Notes under the pieces: generated by a model
The model's input: the letters and a program-made list of their open reading frames with translations, nothing else
What the model was told of the DNA's origin: nothing
Databases searched by the model: none
Position numbers and translations under genes: made by a program
In this document: positions 60,141 to 64,000 of the stretch, in pieces
Numbering within the stretch: the first letter of the stretch is position 1
Layout: every line of letters starts with the position of its first letter
From: Candidatus Binataceae bacterium
GTDB lineage: Bacteria > Desulfobacterota > Binatia > Binatales > Binataceae
Reading direction: 5' to 3'
Length of the DNA stretch: 64,000 nt
Assembly: GCA_035650475.1 (NCBI GenBank)
Contig: DASRHP010000013.1
Coordinates: forward strand, 21,755 to 85,754

Positions 60141-62078
60141 GTGGCAGTAAAGACTAGCACATTGCCCCGCACTGAAGTGCAACAGGTGCTCAACCTGCTG
60201 CGGCAAGCCCGCAACCTCGATTTCAGCGGCTACAAGCGTTCGACCCTCCACCGCCGCATCGAGCATCGGATGCGCGAGCGGCGCTGCGTCAAGGTCGAGG
60301 ACTACTGCGAGATTCTGCAGCGCGAGCCGGCTGAGGCCGACGCGCTGGTTTCCGCCCTCTTGATCAAGGTGACCGAGTTCTTCCGCGATCCGCCCTTATG
60401 GGAGAAGCTGCGCAAGCACGTCTTGCCCGAATTGCTGGCCCGTGCCGCCGCCAACGGCGAGATGCGAGTGTGGAGCGCGGGCTGCGCTACCGGCGAAGAG
60501 GCGTATTCGATCGCGATGGTGTTGGCCGAACTGACGGCGGCGAACAGCGCCAGCGTGCCCTTCCGGATCTTCGGCACCGACCGCGACGCCGGCGCGATCG
60601 CGACCGCGCGGCGGGGAGTGTACACCCAGCAGCAGATCCGTACTCTGCCCGCGCGCCTGCTCGAGCGCTGGTTCGAGCGGGTGCCGGAGGGCTACCTGGT
60701 GCGCAAGGACCTGCGCCGCTACCTGGTCTTCGGCGTCCACGACGTCGTCAACGACGCGCCCATCTCGCGTCTGGACCTGATCCTGTGCCGCAACCTGTTT
60801 ATCTACCTTGACGCCGCCGCGCAGCGGCGCGCGCTGCTCCATTTCCATCACGGACTCAAGCATGATGGCGTTCTGGTACTGGGTAAGTCGGAGCTGATCC
60901 CGTTTGCCGAGAAGCTGTTCGCGCCGGCTGATCTGCCCTCGCGGATCTACCGCAAGCTTGCCTATCAGGCGCGACAGGCGGAGTATCCGTTTACCCTGCC
61001 GGCCGCGCCGCGCGAGCCGGCGGCCAAGGAGAAATTGCCGATTCTGCCGCCCGCAATTACGCCGTTCTACCGCGACGCGCTGATGGCGCTCGACGTTGCG
61101 GTGGTGGTGCTCAACAGGGACGGCGTGGTCACGGTGTGGAACGAGGCCGCCGCCCGCTTGTGGGGTCGGCGCGAGTCCGACGTTATTGGCCGTCCGTTGA
61201 GCGAGGTTAAATGGGAGGACAACAGCGCGGGGCAGCGTCTGCTCGAGCGCGCGGCCACAATGCGCGCGGTGCGCGGTCATGTCGCCCAGGAGACGTTCAC
61301 TCTGGACGGCGAACGTCCACGCACTATCCGGCTCGAAATCAGCCCGCTACGCAGCGGCGAGCATCAAGAGCCCAATGGCTTCGTTTTCATGGCGCGCGAC
61401 ATCACGGACCTCCAGGACGCACTCTCGGGCCTGCGCCAGGCCGAGGAGCGTCAGCGCGAGGCTACCTCCAAGTACCAGGCGGCGATCGACGAACTGCAAT
61501 CGACCAACGAGGAGCTCGAAACCACCAACGAGGAACTGCAGTCGGCCAACGAAGAGCTCCAGACCACCAACGAGGAACTGCAATCGACCAACGAGGAACT
61601 GGAGACCATCAACGAAGAGCTCCAATCCACTAACGCCAGCCTCGACGCGGTCAACACCGAGCTGGCTGCGCGCACTGAAGAGCTCAATCGGGTCAACCTT
61701 GCCCAGCGCGCGATGATTCGCGCGCTCTCTGCGGCGATCGTGGGGGTTGACAGCCAGGGCCAGATCACGATCTGGAACCCGGCGGCCGAGCGGATGCTCA
61801 ACCGCAGTGAGGAGCAGCTACGCAATCACAATCTCCAGCGGCTGTCGCTGGCGCCACTGCCGCGTGCGGTCGCCGCGCGGATCAAGCGTGCGCTGTTGCG
61901 CAAGGCCGCGCTCAATATCGAAGGCTTCGATTGCAGGCTCAACGGCCGCAACGTCAAACTGCGGTGCAGCCTGATACCCCTGAGCAACCAGGAGGCGCAT
62001 TACGGAGCGATGCTGATTCTGGAGCCTGCGCGCAACCAGCTGGCGGCAGAGTCCGCCCAGCGGCGCAAGCGCGTATAG
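60141..62078 (+). CDS. CheR-type methyltransferase fused to PAS, heptad coiled-coil, PAS
   Basis: CheR N- and SAM-binding domains (VWSAGCATGEEAYS, DLILCRNLFIY), a PAS domain, 7x ELQSTNE heptads, and a second PAS domain. Confidence 0.85.
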   Translation: MAVKTSTLPRTEVQQVLNLLRQARNLDFSGYKRSTLHRRIEHRMRERRCVKVEDYCEILQREPAEADALVSALLIKVTEFFRDPPLWEKLRKHVLPELLARAAANGEMRVWSAGCATGEEAYSIAMVLAELTAANSASVPFRIFGTDRDAGAIATARRGVYTQQQIRTLPARLLERWFERVPEGYLVRKDLRRYLVFGVHDVVNDAPISRLDLILCRNLFIYLDAAAQRRALLHFHHGLKHDGVLVLGKSELIPFAEKLFAPADLPSRIYRKLAYQARQAEYPFTLPAAPREPAAKEKLPILPPAITPFYRDALMALDVAVVVLNRDGVVTVWNEAAARLWGRRESDVIGRPLSEVKWEDNSAGQRLLERAATMRAVRGHVAQETFTLDGERPRTIRLEISPLRSGEHQEPNGFVFMARDITDLQDALSGLRQAEERQREATSKYQAAIDELQSTNEELETTNEELQSANEELQTTNEELQSTNEELETINEELQSTNASLDAVNTELAARTEELNRVNLAQRAMIRALSAAIVGVDSQGQITIWNPAAERMLNRSEEQLRNHNLQRLSLAPLPRAVAARIKRALLRKAALNIEGFDCRLNGRNVKLRCSLIPLSNQEAHYGAMLILEPARNQLAAESAQRRKRV

Positions 62079-62186
62079 CGACCGGCGGGAACTGGACCCG
62101 TGGCGGTCGCGCGCGGCAGAGCGAGCAAACAGAACCAATGGCCGGAGGGCGAGCGCCAGCGCTGGCCGCAGCCTGCCTGGCCGCGG

Positions 62187-62879
62187 ATGATTCGCCAGAT
62201 TCCGCGCCTGCGCGATCTTCCGGCCGCCACGCTCGATACCCTGGGGCGCGAGCTCGAATTCCGCATTATCGCGCCGCGTCAGGTCCTGTTCTTCGAAAAC
62301 GAAATTACCTACGACGTCTATATCGTCCTGAGCGGGCTTGCCACGATGACTTACCTGGACGCGCGTGCGCGGCGCGTCCTGCTCGAAGTCTTGGGGCCGG
62401 GCGACCTCGTGGGCGACCTGCCGTTCATGCCCGAGCCCCTGCGCGGACGGCTGCGCTGCGACGCTTTGCACGAGTGCGCGATGGGCAAGATCGACTGCCG
62501 GCGGCTGGTCGAGATCCTCTTCGGGATGCCGTTTGAGCGGCTGGCGCACGCCAGCGCCTTTCTCTTTGGCGCCTGGCCGGAGCGGCTCGCGCGCGCCGCG
62601 CTGGTGCGCGGCTGGCCGCTGCGCGAGCGCCTGCTGGGCACGATTTCCTATGTGGCGCGCAGGTTCGGGGTGCAGGATGAAACCGGCAGCATCGTAAACC
62701 TGCCGCTTACCCATGCCGACCTTGCCGACCTCGTGGGCGCATCGCGCCCCAAGGTTTCCCATCACATGCGTCTGCTCGAGAAGCAGGGGCTGCTCGTCCA
62801 TGAACGCCACCGCATAATCCTGCCTTCGTCCGCAAAGCCGGCTACCGGGCACTCCGGCGGCGCACCCTCACGCTCCTAG
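62187..62879 (+). CDS. Crp/Fnr family transcriptional regulator
   Basis: cNMP-binding domain plus C-terminal HTH (ADLVGASRPKVSHHMRLLEKQG). ATG 62187 preferred over the ORF-track start 62100. Confidence 0.8.
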   Translation: MIRQIPRLRDLPAATLDTLGRELEFRIIAPRQVLFFENEITYDVYIVLSGLATMTYLDARARRVLLEVLGPGDLVGDLPFMPEPLRGRLRCDALHECAMGKIDCRRLVEILFGMPFERLAHASAFLFGAWPERLARAALVRGWPLRERLLGTISYVARRFGVQDETGSIVNLPLTHADLADLVGASRPKVSHHMRLLEKQGLLVHERHRIILPSSAKPATGHSGGAPSRS

Positions 62880-62915
62880 CATCCAGACTTTTCGCTGTCC
62901 TATTTCTGTCAGATT

Positions 62916-62936
62916 GTTACAAAATTGTTTTGTAAC
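62916..62936. promoter_or_regulatory. perfect 21-nt palindrome GTTACAAAA-TTG-TTTTGTAAC (operator-like)
   Basis: In the AT-richer spacer between the crp-family gene and the PAS kinase gene. Further GTGAC-containing palindromes nearby (GGTGACTCACC at 63006-63016). Confidence 0.4.
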
Positions 62937-63296
62937 GTTTTGACACACGAGAGCTTCCGTTTTTCATTGAATGTCACACCGCTATAAGTAGGTGACAGCA
63001 CCCGAGGTGACTCACCAAAGTGACGGAAGTAATTAGAGTATCGATGTGATACCGATCCAGCTTCCTTGCAGGGGCGGTGCGGCGTGAACTCCCCATCGCG
63101 ACGTGCCGCCCCTATTTGTCCCGGCTTCAACCGCGTGCCCGGGGGGAAGCCAGAAAGAGTTATTGGGGGGAAGGTCACAAAAGGGGTGAGAGCTGCCCGG
63201 TGCCGGGCGACGGTCGGCCGTGCATGACTAGCAAGGGCCGATCGAGTATGCGCCGGCGAACCCGGGTCGCAGGGCGGTAAATCCGTTAAGCGCGTC

Positions 63297-64000
63297 ATGC
63301 CTTATCAGGCATATTTCAATTCGGCCTCTGAGGGCTTAATCATCGTCGATCGCGAGGGGCGCATCGTCGATCTTAACGCCGCTTGCGAGCGGATGTTCGC
63401 GTACTCGCGCGACGAGCTTATCGGGCAACCGATCGAGCTCCTGGTGCCCGAGCCTTCGCGCCGACAGCACTGCAGCCATCGCCAGGACTTCTTTCGCGCG
63501 CCGCGCAGCCGGCCGATGGGAATCGGGCTCAATCTTGCTGCGCGCCGCAAAGATGGCAGCGAATTTCCGGTGGAAGTCAGCCTGACCTACACGCAGGAAA
63601 TAGTGCGCGGCGGCTTGGTGGTGGCCGCGCTGACCGACATCACCGAGCGCCTTGCGCTCGAGCGCGAGGCGCGGCGGGCGGAAACCCTGGCCTCGCTAGG
63701 GACGATGGCGGTGGGCATCGCGCACGACCTCAACAACCCGCTCAGCGTGATACTCGCCCGCGCCGAACTCCTGTTGGCGACGCCGCCGGAGGCGCTGGGA
63801 CGCGCGCAGATCGAGGACGATCTCGTGGTGATCCGGCGGCAGGCTGAGCGGGCCGCGCGTATCGTAGAGCAGTTTCTCGAGCTCGCGCGGGCGGGCTCGA
63901 GGTCGCCCGCGCCGCTCAACCTCAACCACCTGGTCGAGCGCGTTTTGCTCCTGTTTGGCGAACAGCTACGCAAGGGCGGCATCGATGTCCGTGCCGACCT
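63297..64000 (+). CDS. PAS-domain sensor histidine kinase (3' end outside window)
   Basis: Manual translation: MPYQAYFNSASEGLIIVDREGRIVDLNAACERMF ... (PAS), then the HisKA H-box GIAHDLNNPLSVI. No stop before the window end. Not in the ORF track. Confidence 0.75.
   Translation, partial: MPYQAYFNSASEGLIIVDREGRIVDLNAACERMFAYSRDELIGQPIELLVPEPSRRQHCSHRQDFFRAPRSRPMGIGLNLAARRKDGSEFPVEVSLTYTQEIVRGGLVVAALTDITERLALEREARRAETLASLGTMAVGIAHDLNNPLSVILARAELLLATPPEALGRAQIEDDLVVIRRQAERAARIVEQFLELARAGSRSPAPLNLNHLVERVLLLFGEQLRKGGIDVRAD

Overview
This 64 kb window looks like a chromosomal segment from a high-GC (about 68 %) diderm bacterium. Taxonomic hints are an RND pump, a beta-barrel outer-membrane protein, sigma-54 components and two F420/LLM-type oxidoreductases; possibly a Rokubacteria-, Acidobacteria- or Deltaproteobacteria-like lineage (inference). 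Housekeeping content: rimP-nusA-ylxR-infB-DUF503-rbfA-(secreted ORF)-truB, tRNA-Asp(GTC), rplM-rpsI, argC, acs. Metabolic content: a beta carbonic anhydrase, SDR/ACAD/two MaoC hotdog genes, a GH57 glucanotransferase-like gene, and an organic-acid module (Asp/Glu-racemase-family, malyl-CoA-lyase-like CitE/HpcH, MDR reductase, GlcD-GlcF fusion oxidoreductase, DsbA-like isomerase, LLM oxidoreductase). Also present are pcaH-pcaG-pcaB with an adjacent lipoprotein and an outer-membrane channel of the phenol-degradation (MetA-pathway) family, a TPP enzyme, and a CBS protein. The most unusual part is a complete kdpFABC operon followed in-operon by a stand-alone KdpD N-terminal/USP sensor module, a HAMP-PAS histidine kinase and an NtrC-type sigma-54 activator, with a near-consensus sigma-54 promoter upstream of kdpF. 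Other signal-transduction content: a 1497 to 1524 aa hybrid kinase with four near-identical tandem PAS modules, two REC domains and a His-less HPt; a divergent CheB-like/CheR-PAS-heptad pair with a Crp-family regulator and a PAS kinase; and a 1.1 kb ORF-free, repeat-rich spacer. Further oddities are a Tat-secreted SOD-fold protein lacking 3 of 4 metal ligands and start-overlapping argC, a leader intrinsic terminator before rimP, and tandem secreted hypotheticals. The many long antisense ORFs in the track are GC-rich artefacts.
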